From IMG/VR virus record IMGVR_UViG_3300012090_000181: a stretch of 49,213 nucleotides of DNA. The stretch is one strand, 5' to 3'. The notes beneath the pieces are model-generated. The model searched no databases and was not told the origin of the DNA. It was given only the letters and a program-made list of their open reading frames with translations. Below, in pieces: positions 1 to 9,392 of this stretch (position 1 is the first letter of the stretch; the number at the start of each line of letters is the position of its first letter). This DNA comes from a virus. Both the position numbers and the translations under genes were made by a program.

Positions 1-383
1 GTCAGTATAGCAAGCGGCCGATGTGCTCGCCGAATCATAAGACGAGTCCAATGGGATCTCAGCCATTCAGCGGTGTCTGGCCAGCGTCGGAAACTTGTTC
101 AGGCAGGTCAGGCCCACCAACAGCAACAGCAGAGCTAACGCCAGGCCGGGTAATAGCGGCAGCATGCGGACACCGACAAAAGTGAGTAGGCAAAGACCGA
201 ACAAAAAGAACAGCCCTCTCTTACTCCATCCTGTCCTTTGCTCCCCGGGAGGCCAACGGAAGATCGCCATGAACGCCTCTTGCCAACTCATTTGTAGATG
301 TTGGTCGGCGCGCACATTCGCAGTGATCTTTTAGCCCCGGTGCCTTACTTGCCGGCCGGCGGCTTCTGCGGTATAATCAGATG

Positions 384-905
384 ATGATCAGCAAGATCGG
401 AGAGTATTTCGACAAGCGCTATCAAAAGCGACTGGACAAGATGCCGCGTCGGCAACGTGAAGCCTATGAGCGCGCCTGGGACTGGCGCAAACAGGCACGC
501 AAGAAAATCAAGGAAGACCGCAAGAACGGGGTTCCTGTAGATCCGTTGCGCAAGCGGATGGCCTATTCTCATCCGACCATCATCCTCTCCGATTCCGATC
601 CGGCCTCCAGGCTATCGGCCGACACTACCTGCACTGGATGCGGCGGTATCGGCACCGAGGCAACCGGCAGTGGGTTCTGCAACAGCTGTAATAACGCCCA
701 TCGGCAGGCGCGCTCTGCCCAGGCCGACAATGATGCTGTCAAAAAGTTTCTCAAGATAAGAAGAGAACAAAAAGAAGCAGCCGAGGCCCTCGCTCTGGAT
801 GATATGTCCACAAGCGTCGAAGACGATGCGGCCGGCCTTGACCCACGTCATGCATCCATGGACCCGGATGAGATCCTCTTCGGCGGGACCGCAGCAGAGA
901 ATTGA
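384..905 (+). CDS. Hypothetical protein with zinc-ribbon (CxxC...CxxC) and C-terminal DEILFG motif
   Basis: ORF 381..905; CTGC...CNSC; TTGCCG-17bp-TATAAT (349-377) lies 6 nt before ATG 384; ends MDPDEILFGGTAAEN. Confidence 0.75.
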   Translation: MISKIGEYFDKRYQKRLDKMPRRQREAYERAWDWRKQARKKIKEDRKNGVPVDPLRKRMAYSHPTIILSDSDPASRLSADTTCTGCGGIGTEATGSGFCNSCNNAHRQARSAQADNDAVKKFLKIRREQKEAAEALALDDMSTSVEDDAAGLDPRHASMDPDEILFGGTAAEN

Positions 906-1052
906 CCAGGTCGGGTTTGCCTCCTTCGCTGTCGTGTTGATGTCTTATAGCATCGGCGCGAGATTGTACGCGCATCTGCGTGGTTGCTTTATCTGCAAGA
1001 TCTGCTAGACTCTGCGTAGTCTTCTCACCCAGATTATCAGACCGAAGGAACA

Positions 1053-1346
1053 ATGATGAAAACCAATCTGAGCTATTTCTTGAATACCATCGGTGACGCC
1101 GTCATGGACCAGGCCGCACACATTGAAGAAGCCGGCGGTTCAGAACACGAAAATGAGGCCCTTGCCCTTCGAGATTACGCCTCACAGCTGTGGGCGGTCG
1201 GCGATGCCTGCGATGACGATGAACGCATCGATTGGAGCCGGCTGGTGGACAAGATCGGCATCGACCTCATCGAGGATGAGGAGAACGGCGATACCGACAG
1301 GGAGAAGCCGCAGCTGCTGTTCGACAAACTGGTCAGTATCAGCTGA
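1053..1346 (+). CDS. Acidic hypothetical protein
   Basis: 97-aa ORF with GAAGGA Shine-Dalgarno just upstream. Confidence 0.7.
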   Translation: MMKTNLSYFLNTIGDAVMDQAAHIEEAGGSEHENEALALRDYASQLWAVGDACDDDERIDWSRLVDKIGIDLIEDEENGDTDREKPQLLFDKLVSIS

Positions 1347-1484
1347 ACCTGTATCCTGGGGTCGATGATCACGAGCCGATGGAGAACGGCCTCGTCCCTG
1401 ACTTGTCATGGTCGCCTGGATCTGCTATCCTTGATATAATCAACCAGATCGTCCGCAGATGGCGGACAGGCAAAAGGAGACGTA

Positions 1485-1718
1485 ATGTATAAGAGCACGA
1501 TCACGCTGACGGTTCTCTCAGAGGATCCTATCCCTGATGACATGGACATCAGCACCATCGTCATGGAGGCCGAAGTCGGGGATTACTCGATGGACAGCGA
1601 GATCACCAGTCGGAAGATCAGCAACGAGCAGATGGCCGAGTTGGCCGTCGCCCAGGGCAGCGATCCGGAGTTCTTCGGTATCACCGAGACGGGCGAGCCG
1701 GTCAGCGTCGGTTGTTGA
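1485..1718 (+). CDS. Small acidic hypothetical protein (phage-like)
   Basis: 77-aa ORF, AAGGAG SD, TATAAT upstream at ~1435. Confidence 0.75.
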   Translation: MYKSTITLTVLSEDPIPDDMDISTIVMEAEVGDYSMDSEITSRKISNEQMAELAVAQGSDPEFFGITETGEPVSVGC

Positions 1719-1803
1719 CAGCGCCGGCGAAAGCTGCTAGGCTTCGACCATCTGAACAACCTCCGATAAAATTCAACCATTCAAACCAGAAAGAGAAAGA
1801 AGA

Positions 1804-2043
1804 ATGACCCTGAAAAGCTACAGCGATGCCGCGACCGACTTTGCCTCTGTGAGCAAGGCCGTGACCAAGGCCCGCAAGGTGATCAAGAATACCCGCGAGC
1901 TGGCCGCCCAGCACGGCAACAGTCCGGAGATGCTGGAGACGGTTCGCCCGCTCGAGGAACTGCTCGGCTACTACGAAGTCGACCCCGGTTCGGTCAGCGT
2001 CGAGGAGATCCGCACTGCTCTGGCCGAGGTCGGAGCAGCCTGA
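1804..2043 (+). CDS. Small hypothetical protein
   Basis: 79-aa ORF with GC3-rich codons, purine-rich leader, followed by a terminator. Confidence 0.75.
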   Translation: MTLKSYSDAATDFASVSKAVTKARKVIKNTRELAAQHGNSPEMLETVRPLEELLGYYEVDPGSVSVEEIRTALAEVGAA

Positions 2044-2059
2044 AACATCGAATGAAGCT

Positions 2060-2100
2060 CGGGGCCACAGACTGAGTATCTGTGGCCCCGTTTGTTTTTC
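2060..2100 (+). terminator. Rho-independent terminator
   Basis: CGGGGCCACAGA-7nt-TCTGTGGCCCCG perfect 12-bp stem followed by TTTGTTTTT. Confidence 0.85.
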
Positions 2101-2107
2101 TTTGATC

Positions 2108-3034
2108 ATGCTGACTCCGAAACTGAAACTCACTCAGGCTCCTGAGAAAGAGCAGATCCAAGAAGCTCTGGAAAGGCCGGCGACTGATGGGTTGTCGGCG
2201 ATCACAGATGGCCTCGGCCAGGTCCAGGCGGTCATCTTCAGGGGCGGGCCTGATGTCGCCACCCAGCTGGCCAAGCCGTTGAGCAAGGCGATAGCTTCGA
2301 TGCGTTCGACGGGACAGCCTCCCAAGCTGCAAGCCGTGGCCGAAATGAGCAGAGAACAGATAGACACTCTGCGGCATTCGATCGAAACGGGTGTCCCGGC
2401 GATGATCACAGATGACAAGGGAAAGGTCACCGCCTTGTTCCTGGTTGATCATCCGGCGATCGCGCAGAGGATGATCACGCCGCTGACCACCTGGATCGAT
2501 CGTATCGAGGCAATGGCAGAACTTCCTTTGTCGAACCCCGAGCGTCCAGTCTACAAAGTAGGCGATCAGGTCCTATTCCATGATTATTCTGCGACCTCCG
2601 ATCGACTGACGCTGGGAAAGATACTCTCTGTGGAATGGGGATGCCGAAGAGCAGCTCCGCTGATCTGGAATGATCGCAAGGAACATACCGGAGAAGTCAG
2701 CGAGAATGTCTACACGATCGAGTATGGCAAACGTGAGCTTGTCCGCTCGGAGTCCGAGCTTCTTCTGCCGACTGCTGCCGAGATACGCCAGATCGACAGC
2801 TTCTGTGATTGGTTGTGCGGGCTTCAGGATGGCGATCATGTCGAAGCCCAGATCAGCGACAGGATGGGACGCGGCAGACAGATCGTCACCGGAGCGCTGA
2901 AACGAGGCGGGCCGGCGGCGGCATTCAACGATTATCCGAATGTCATCGCCGACGATGAATCCAGCCTCGTCTCGGCTTCGAGCAGCTACGATCTGCTGAT
3001 CGGGCCGCTCGGCCTGCAACCGGTACGGTTGTAA
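2108..3034 (+). CDS. Hypothetical protein
   Basis: ~309-aa ORF; YKVGDQVLF segment suggests an SH3/Tudor-like module (weak). Confidence 0.7.
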   Translation: MLTPKLKLTQAPEKEQIQEALERPATDGLSAITDGLGQVQAVIFRGGPDVATQLAKPLSKAIASMRSTGQPPKLQAVAEMSREQIDTLRHSIETGVPAMITDDKGKVTALFLVDHPAIAQRMITPLTTWIDRIEAMAELPLSNPERPVYKVGDQVLFHDYSATSDRLTLGKILSVEWGCRRAAPLIWNDRKEHTGEVSENVYTIEYGKRELVRSESELLLPTAAEIRQIDSFCDWLCGLQDGDHVEAQISDRMGRGRQIVTGALKRGGPAAAFNDYPNVIADDESSLVSASSSYDLLIGPLGLQPVRL

Positions 3035-3049
3035 GTCCCCCGGCAGTTC

Positions 3050-3493
3050 CTATTCCAGTGGCTCGACCGTGTCGACAAGCAGGTTTCGCATCGAGACGTT
3101 GCCATCCGGATGATATTCCATCTTGGCCGCAAATGATACTTTGCACAAGGCGGCGATCAGATCCTCGGAAGACAACTCACCGGAGAAAGGGGTACCGTCA
3201 GCCGATGGAAAGAGCCTATTGACCAACTTGCGCAATATGAAGGAACCGGGGTCGGCCGGAATCCTTACCGTGACCGGTGCCCCCTGATGTTCGCCGGAGC
3301 AGATGACCATCTTCAAGAGCATCAGCCTGGCTCCGCGTCTTTCTTCGGCGAGCAGGCCTTCCTCCCCTTGCTCGTCCTCGATCAGCGTCACCCTGGCGGT
3401 GAAGACATCCGGATCGAGTATTTCATCAGGATCCTTGCAGACAGTTTGTCTGGCAAAAGAACCATAGAGGATGTCGGTGCCGCTGTCCATCAT
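3050..3493 (-). CDS. ILYG-tagged DUF669-like (OB-fold-like) protein
   Basis: Starts MMDSGTDILYG; core FTARV...LLKMVICSGEHQG resembles DUF669 pattern; ATGA overlap with upstream paralog. Confidence 0.65.
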   Translation of the reverse strand: MMDSGTDILYGSFARQTVCKDPDEILDPDVFTARVTLIEDEQGEEGLLAEERRGARLMLLKMVICSGEHQGAPVTVRIPADPGSFILRKLVNRLFPSADGTPFSGELSSEDLIAALCKVSFAAKMEYHPDGNVSMRNLLVDTVEPLE

Positions 3494-3942
3494 AGCGGCT
3501 CCGCCGAGTTGCTGATGAAGCAGTCAACCCATAGTCCGAGCGCCGGATGATCTTCTATATCTACCATGACCGAATACTTCTCGAGACCGTCGGACAACCA
3601 TTTTTCATAACTGATGAAGCGTTGTGTCCTCTCGGAGACAGGATGGACAGCAGCTCCCCCGAAAGCAGCTACCGCCGCGTAGTACTTCTCTTCACCGAGG
3701 CCTTCAATCCGCAGGCATACCTTGACCTTCTCCCCTTCATACGGACCCTCACAGATGGCGAGATCAAAGAACACCAGGGGCTGACCATCCTGGCTCTCGT
3801 CGTAACACAGTTCGGTTCCGGGCCAGGCTTTCACCCGGGCCTGAAAGAAGTCTGCCTCCATAGATCCGTCGCCATGCGTGTTCGAGATCACTCGCGTATG
3901 CTCACGCGTATGCTCACCATAGAGAATCTCCATCGCCTTCAT
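3490..3942 (-). CDS. ILYG-tagged DUF669-like (OB-fold-like) protein
   Basis: Starts MKAMEILYG; FQARVK...SQDGQPLVFFDLAICEGPYEGEKV; TAGAAT 6 nt before ATG. Confidence 0.7.
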   Translation of the reverse strand: MKAMEILYGEHTREHTRVISNTHGDGSMEADFFQARVKAWPGTELCYDESQDGQPLVFFDLAICEGPYEGEKVKVCLRIEGLGEEKYYAAVAAFGGAAVHPVSERTQRFISYEKWLSDGLEKYSVMVDIEDHPALGLWVDCFISNSAEPL

Positions 3943-3991
3943 ATGATGATTCTAGCTCTTGACGATGATCAGGCCTGAAGAGGTCGGCTGG

Positions 3992-4570
3992 TCAGTTCTT
4001 GAAGAACATCCGGTGCAGCCAGGACGGAGCCAACACCTTCTCCGGGATAGTCTGCACTCCGGTGATCGCCCCTATCTGCTTTGACAGGTGGAGTGGTGTC
4101 TCGACCAGCGGTACGCGATAACGCAAAGCAGCTGCCTCGACAAGCTCGTGCAGCGGCTGATCCTCATGGACCAAGGACAAAGCCAGGATCTGTGCCTCGG
4201 CAGCCCGAAATCCTTGCTGATGGATCTGCACGGATCCTCTACCGGCGATGGCCCCGAGCGCGATCGTATATTCACGAACATAGGTTCGCGGGCCTCGCGT
4301 ATCATAACCGAGTTCGATGTAGTTCCAGGCGGTCTCGTAGGCCCGATCCAGTCGATGATAGGCGTTGAAGCCGCAATGGCATTTCGCTCCCGGGGCCTGA
4401 TGCCCGTCGACGGTGGCTTCATATGGGCGCACCATGCCGCCTGGATGACAGGAGGCCCGGTTCACTCCAGGCTGCCAGGCCGGACCTGCAGAGAGCGGGA
4501 GCAGCAACTGATCTCTGACCATCCAGGCGCGAAAGCCCAATGCAGCGTGTGGATAGGTCGGAGCTGCCAT
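3992..4570 (-). CDS. Hypothetical protein with HxAPxxxCxCG motif (paralog of 27082..28014)
   Basis: LGFRAW...GPAWQPGVNRASC...HQAPGAKCHCGFNAYH...GFRA shared with the 27-kb ORF. Confidence 0.8.
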   Translation of the reverse strand: MAAPTYPHAALGFRAWMVRDQLLLPLSAGPAWQPGVNRASCHPGGMVRPYEATVDGHQAPGAKCHCGFNAYHRLDRAYETAWNYIELGYDTRGPRTYVREYTIALGAIAGRGSVQIHQQGFRAAEAQILALSLVHEDQPLHELVEAAALRYRVPLVETPLHLSKQIGAITGVQTIPEKVLAPSWLHRMFFKN

Positions 4571-4745
4571 CAGTGACCAGCTTACTCTTGAAGCAGAATG
4601 CCGGCATTTCTTTCATCTTCTCCTTTCCTGAGATGAGTCCCAAAGCCGGAACTATCTGTCATCCGCCTTTGATCAAGGAGCCTCTGTCCGAGCCGGCTGT
4701 TCGGTGAGTAGGCATCTTCGCCGTTCTGTCTGCTATCATCAGTTC

Positions 4746-5117
4746 ATGGCCAGAGGATGTCAAGAAAGCACGGACACCATCCTCTATGGAGCCACTGGCC
4801 CTCGCGGTCAGGCTTGCGAAGGTGGTATTCCGACGGTGGCGCGGGTGCTGCTCGGCCCCATGATCAAAGGGCCTCATCGGCGCGACTTCAACATAGTACT
4901 GAAGAAGAACGTCGATCTTACAGGCCGAGGATGGGATGCAACCGATACTGATCAGATCCTCAGATTCACCGGAAATATCCGGCGCGCGATCAACTGTGCT
5001 CAAAAGTTGGTTCAAGAAGCCGGAGGCGGCCAGATCCAGGTCTGCAATAACGTAGGAGAGGTGGCAAGCACCTATATCGTGCATCCGGATAGCTCTCGGG
5101 ATCTGGAAAGAGCATGA
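4746..5117 (+). CDS. ILYG-tagged protein with DUF2188-like C-terminus
   Basis: MARGCQESTDTILYG; AINCAQKLVQEAGGGQIQVCNNVG; TATCAT 6 nt before ATG 4746. Confidence 0.7.
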   Translation: MARGCQESTDTILYGATGPRGQACEGGIPTVARVLLGPMIKGPHRRDFNIVLKKNVDLTGRGWDATDTDQILRFTGNIRRAINCAQKLVQEAGGGQIQVCNNVGEVASTYIVHPDSSRDLERA

Positions 5118-5193
5118 TCACGATCATACCCGGTGGGGCAGCCGTAGATGCCAGACGCTTGCGATCTCTGCCATGATCAGCTATACTGAGCGC

Positions 5194-5595
5194 ATGGCGC
5201 GAGGCACCGGCACACAAGCAGATTGTCTTTCGGGAGAAGCCGGGACCAACGCCGATTCTATTCTCTACGGCAGTCTCGCCGCCGCTCCCCGACGAAAGTC
5301 TTCGAGTGCGGTAGCAGGTCTGAACCTCGGCCGGGTCCAGCGTGCCTGCCTGATGCTGTTCAATGAAGCTGAGGAGATCGGTGGGCCTGATTGCCCTGCC
5401 GGGGAGATCGGCAGCATGGCGATCCGTAATCGCATCGAGGCAAAGGGCTTCGGTACCCGCCAGGTCAACCAGGCCTTGAACAGCCTGGAACGCCATGAGC
5501 TGATCAAGTCGGTTCGTTATCCTGACCATTATACTTTCACCTTTGCCCTGACCGAGACCGGCAAAGAGGCGCTGGCAGTCCTGAACCAAAGCTGA
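5194..5595 (+). CDS. ILYG-tagged winged-helix-like protein
   Basis: MARGTG...ADSILYG; VNQALNSLERHELI...FALTETGKEAL wHTH signature; TATACT 6 nt before ATG. Confidence 0.75.
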   Translation: MARGTGTQADCLSGEAGTNADSILYGSLAAAPRRKSSSAVAGLNLGRVQRACLMLFNEAEEIGGPDCPAGEIGSMAIRNRIEAKGFGTRQVNQALNSLERHELIKSVRYPDHYTFTFALTETGKEALAVLNQS

Positions 5596-5632
5596 ACTTG
5601 CAGGCCACGCTTCATCCTGCTATGATCTGATG

Positions 5633-5947
5633 ATGCCCCGGCAACCGCTGGACAGCGAGACCATCCTTTACGGGACCACGCCCTCACGTAAAGTCGTGCC
5701 GTCACTGGTGACCTACCGGGTTCATCACATTCGCTGGGCGCAGGGATGGCGTGTGACGCTACAGCCTGAGATAGCAGGTTGGGTGCCGTCAGATGACGAT
5801 GAGCATCTGGATGTCGCCGATTTTGCCTCGGCTATCAATACAGCCACCCGTATGGTCGAAGCGTCCGGTGGCGGCTTCGTGGAGGTCTGGGGCAAGGACG
5901 GAACCGTCTTCCACACCCGTCGCCGGGTGTCTGTCCCGACCTGCTGA
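5633..5947 (+). CDS. ILYG-tagged protein with DUF2188-like C-terminus
   Basis: MPRQPLDSETILYG; SAINTATRMVEASGGGFVEVWGKDG; TTGCAG-17-TATGAT 6 nt before ATG. Confidence 0.7.
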   Translation: MPRQPLDSETILYGTTPSRKVVPSLVTYRVHHIRWAQGWRVTLQPEIAGWVPSDDDEHLDVADFASAINTATRMVEASGGGFVEVWGKDGTVFHTRRRVSVPTC

Positions 5948-6001
5948 AAATCTCCAGATTTTCAGGTAAATCTGATTGCACTGAAATGCACCGCAATGCA
6001 C
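5944..6001. promoter_or_regulatory. 22-bp palindrome plus three 10-bp-phased TGCAC repeats upstream of the adenine MTase
   Basis: CTGAAAATCT-CC-AGATTTTCAG (5944-5965); TGCAC at 5977, 5987, 5997. Confidence 0.45.
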
Positions 6002-6027
6002 GAAACCCGGCCGGGGTCGCCGCCGTC

Positions 6028-7152
6028 ATGGATACTGACAGGGTGAAGACCTTGTTCAAGTGGCCAGGCGGCAAAGGCCAGGAATTGCCGCAGATCAGCC
6101 CGCGCATCCCCGACTATCAACGGTTCATCGAGCCATTCGTCGGTGGAGGGGCCGTCTTCTTCGATCAGGAGCCGCAGCAGGCAGTGATCAACGACGTCAA
6201 TGCAGTCTTGATCGATGCCTACCAGATGATCGGCGAGAAGCCGAAGGAACTGGAAGCGCAGATGCGGCTCTATGCTGCTGCCCGTAAACAGGCGCAGCTG
6301 TTCGCCGAGGAGTTCGCTCCGAAGGCTCTACCGGTGCAGCGCCAGATGCAATCTCTGGATGATGCAGCTGCCAAGACGGCAGCGCAGAAATGCGCCGGCA
6401 AATATGAAAAGGAGTTCATTGCCTGCTCACAAAACAACTGGCCGCCTTCCAAAGAGATGTGGCCGACGATCGTCAATGTGGTCACGGCCAAGATGATGCG
6501 CGTGCGTAAGCTTCAGGCCAAGGAGAGTAACTGGGCTGATGAAGGCATCCTAGGACAGTTGCAGACAGCGATCCATTCCGGCCTTTATACCTGGATCCGT
6601 GATGCATACCAACCCGCTGATGATCTGAACATCGCCGCCAAGTTCCTCTACTTACGTGAGTTCGCCTATGGGGCGATGTTCCGCTATAACCGTAGCGGCG
6701 GGTTCAACGTTCCTTATGGCGGCAAGTCTTATGACATGAAGAGCCTGACCGACAAGCTTGATTACTGGTTCTCAGATCCCGTGGTCGAGCTACTTGAACG
6801 GACTGAAAAGCATTCATCGTCTTTCGAACAACTGTTCGAGACCGTCGGCTTGAAGTCCGATGACTTCATCTTTCTGGATCCGCCTTATGACAGTGTGTTC
6901 AAGAGCTATGACCAGGCCGCCTTCGAGCGCACGCAGCAGGAACTGCTCGCCGAGTGGTACGCCAAGCTACCCTGCCCGGCGTTGATGGTCATCGGCAAGA
7001 CAGATTTCATCGAAGATTTATATGAGCGCGCTGCCAAGACAAATTCTGAGATATGCATCGAAGAGTACGAGAAGACCTACGCGGCCAACATCAAGCAGCG
7101 CTACGACAGAGGCATCACCCATCTGGCGATCAGAAACTATCCGCTGTCTTGA
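6028..7152 (+). CDS. DNA adenine methyltransferase, Dam/D12 (alpha) class, with a large internal helical insertion
   Basis: FKWPGGKG, FIEPFVGGGAVFF, INDVN, FRYNRSGGFNVPYG, FIFLDPPY; GTG 6043 is an alternative start. Confidence 0.93.
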   Translation: MDTDRVKTLFKWPGGKGQELPQISPRIPDYQRFIEPFVGGGAVFFDQEPQQAVINDVNAVLIDAYQMIGEKPKELEAQMRLYAAARKQAQLFAEEFAPKALPVQRQMQSLDDAAAKTAAQKCAGKYEKEFIACSQNNWPPSKEMWPTIVNVVTAKMMRVRKLQAKESNWADEGILGQLQTAIHSGLYTWIRDAYQPADDLNIAAKFLYLREFAYGAMFRYNRSGGFNVPYGGKSYDMKSLTDKLDYWFSDPVVELLERTEKHSSSFEQLFETVGLKSDDFIFLDPPYDSVFKSYDQAAFERTQQELLAEWYAKLPCPALMVIGKTDFIEDLYERAAKTNSEICIEEYEKTYAANIKQRYDRGITHLAIRNYPLS

Positions 7153-7252
7153 ACACGGGAGTATCTGAATGATCCGTCAGCCGCAGACAGGCTGCTCAGT
7201 TCTTCTGCGCAAAAATACTGTTCGCTCTGGGAGTAGCCCCAATCATCAGAAG

Positions 7253-7714
7253 ATGGACAAGAGACCCGGCTGGTATCCAGATCCTGATCATCCGCAGCTG
7301 CTCCGTCGGTGGGATGGAAGCACATGGTCTGGCCTGTCGAGGCCGGACGATGGAGAAACACGCATCGGCCCTGACCGTATGGCGAAAACCTTGCGTTGGT
7401 GGGGCTACTTGTTATTGGTCGCAATCACTTTCTTGGTCTCCGGTATGGTGTGGTTCTTCTGTTTCCTGGTCGGTCTGGCGCTGAGCATTCCTGATGATCC
7501 GCCTCCTCCGGATGCCTGGCAGACCTTTGTCGCGCATCACTGGCTGGTGCTGCCGCTACTGGTTTCGGCATTGGTCATCCAGATCGGCCTTATCACTTTT
7601 GACCTGAAAAGCAAGTTCTTTGGGACCTTGATCGGATTGTGTTGCGGATATGTGATCCCGTTGGTGGTCGGCTTCACCATATTTTACATCATTCAGCCAA
7701 ATGCACACATGTGA
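7253..7714 (+). CDS. DUF2510 domain membrane protein
   Basis: PGWYPDPDHPQLLRRWDGSTWS is the DUF2510 signature; three hydrophobic segments follow. Confidence 0.85.
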   Translation: MDKRPGWYPDPDHPQLLRRWDGSTWSGLSRPDDGETRIGPDRMAKTLRWWGYLLLVAITFLVSGMVWFFCFLVGLALSIPDDPPPPDAWQTFVAHHWLVLPLLVSALVIQIGLITFDLKSKFFGTLIGLCCGYVIPLVVGFTIFYIIQPNAHM

Positions 7715-7797
7715 CAGATCAGAACTGAAGACGTAAGTGCTTCCTGCATCATCCTCGCGCATCACCAGTAAATCCCTACCAGCTTTCGATGCCGGCC

Positions 7798-8151
7798 TCA
7801 AAGCTCGAAGATGACCGGCCAGGGATTGGCGACGATGGCATCGCCGGCCTCTCTATGTGACCCCGGTTTCTTGGCGATCGCGGTGACGATGACAGCGGCT
7901 GTCGGGTCACGAAACTCACGACTGGGAAAGGTCTCCTCCAGATGCTGAGGATCCAGTTCGGCCAACCAGGCCTCTATCTCTTCGACCAGGCCCGCCGGAT
8001 CGGTCCATTGCTCACGGTTCAGATCACCAAGTAACGGATCAACACTGAGCCAGACGAAGAAGGACCCGTTCTTCAGCCCCTGATTCAATACATCGCGTAG
8101 CTGTATATGCAATACACTCTCACGCGTTTCTGCTTCTTCTCTCCCGGTCAC
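7798..8151 (-). CDS. Hypothetical protein
   Basis: 117-aa ORF; TATGCT 6 nt before GTG. Confidence 0.6.
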   Translation of the reverse strand: MTGREEAETRESVLHIQLRDVLNQGLKNGSFFVWLSVDPLLGDLNREQWTDPAGLVEEIEAWLAELDPQHLEETFPSREFRDPTAAVIVTAIAKKPGSHREAGDAIVANPWPVIFEL

Positions 8152-8191
8152 ACAGACAGCATAGGCGGCCGACTTGTTTCAGGACCTGATT

Positions 8192-9274
8192 TTACTTCTT
8201 CTTGGCGGATTTGCGCTGACGCAGAAGTTGCGTCAACAGTTGCTCTTGCTGCTCTTCACTCATGTCAGCGAAGGCTTCTGTCAGCAGATCAGGGTTGGTG
8301 CTCAACCGATAAGGCTTGCAGGCACTGGCCCAGGCTTTCTTCAGATCATCGTAGGCCAGTCCGTCTTCGAGCAACGGCTCCCAGAAATCAGCCCCAGCCT
8401 TGAACAACTCCTTTGGGAAAGTCTTGCTGAGTGAGGTATTCGGATTTATACCCTCGAAAGCCTGGGCAGCATAGACTTTGATCCGACAAGGATGATCCAA
8501 CAGTGCCAGTCTGGCCTTGAGGACGTTGCTGAGTGCGTGCTTGACATTGTTACTGTCGAGCTTGCCGCTGCTCTTCATCTCGATCAGTTGAAGTTCTCTG
8601 CGTCGTCCTCGAGAGTCACTGATCTCATCGGCGATGTCGATCACGTAACCTTTAGGCTTTGCCTCATACTCAGAGGGGTCGATCGCGCGCAGTTCGGCGA
8701 CGGCGCTGTTTATCATCTCGTTCAATGCAGCAAAAGTCTTTTCTTCCGGTGGTAATGAGGTGAAACGTTCCTTGATCTCATTGGCCAGATCAACGACCCG
8801 ATTTTTCGGCAGGCGCGACCAGATGACCGATTGTTTTGATCCGTCGGCGTAAGTTGCTCCGTAACGCGAGGGTAGCTCCAGCTTGTCGTCAGCGGAGGCT
8901 CCCGGGCCGAACAGATCCTGCGGGCGATGATGCCCTTCCTTCTTGTCGATCAGGACCGTAGCGATGTTCTCCAGGGCAGTCCCCTGCCTGACATGGAGTG
9001 ATTGCACGCTACTGCCGATCTGGCGGGTAGCATCCGAGATCAACGGGATGACCGCCCAGTTGTCAGCGTCAGCCTTGTTGCGCCCCTTGGCTTCCTGATG
9101 GTAATATCTGGCCACCTGATCAAGACGACGTTTCAACCGCTCCCGAGTATTCTTACGCTGTTTGCGATCTGCTTCTGAAGCCTTATCAGCTTGACCACCA
9201 GTACGGCCTCGGTGACGGAGGCTGCTACCAGCCCCGGTAGCGGATTCTGTGATGTTGCTCGCGCCTCGGCCCAT
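8192..9274 (-). CDS. Putative PD-(D/E)XK restriction endonuclease
   Basis: GTALENIA helix, then VIDIADE...LIEMKSSG catalytic-type motif; near and convergent with the adenine MTase. Confidence 0.6.
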   Translation of the reverse strand: MGRGASNITESATGAGSSLRHRGRTGGQADKASEADRKQRKNTRERLKRRLDQVARYYHQEAKGRNKADADNWAVIPLISDATRQIGSSVQSLHVRQGTALENIATVLIDKKEGHHRPQDLFGPGASADDKLELPSRYGATYADGSKQSVIWSRLPKNRVVDLANEIKERFTSLPPEEKTFAALNEMINSAVAELRAIDPSEYEAKPKGYVIDIADEISDSRGRRRELQLIEMKSSGKLDSNNVKHALSNVLKARLALLDHPCRIKVYAAQAFEGINPNTSLSKTFPKELFKAGADFWEPLLEDGLAYDDLKKAWASACKPYRLSTNPDLLTEAFADMSEEQQEQLLTQLLRQRKSAKKK

Positions 9275-9392
9275 AGTTTCATCCTAGCTTATTCGCGCTC
9301 GCCTGCCTGCTTTTCGACCGCAGGCATAGTTTAGCAGCTTGGCAGCGAAGACCAAATGCAGATGCTGCAATGGAACGATGTATGCTGATCGT

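Noticed and set aside
67-315. Small membrane protein at the left edge
   Set aside because: Hydrophobic and plausible, but the start and signals are unclear, so it is not listed as a feature.
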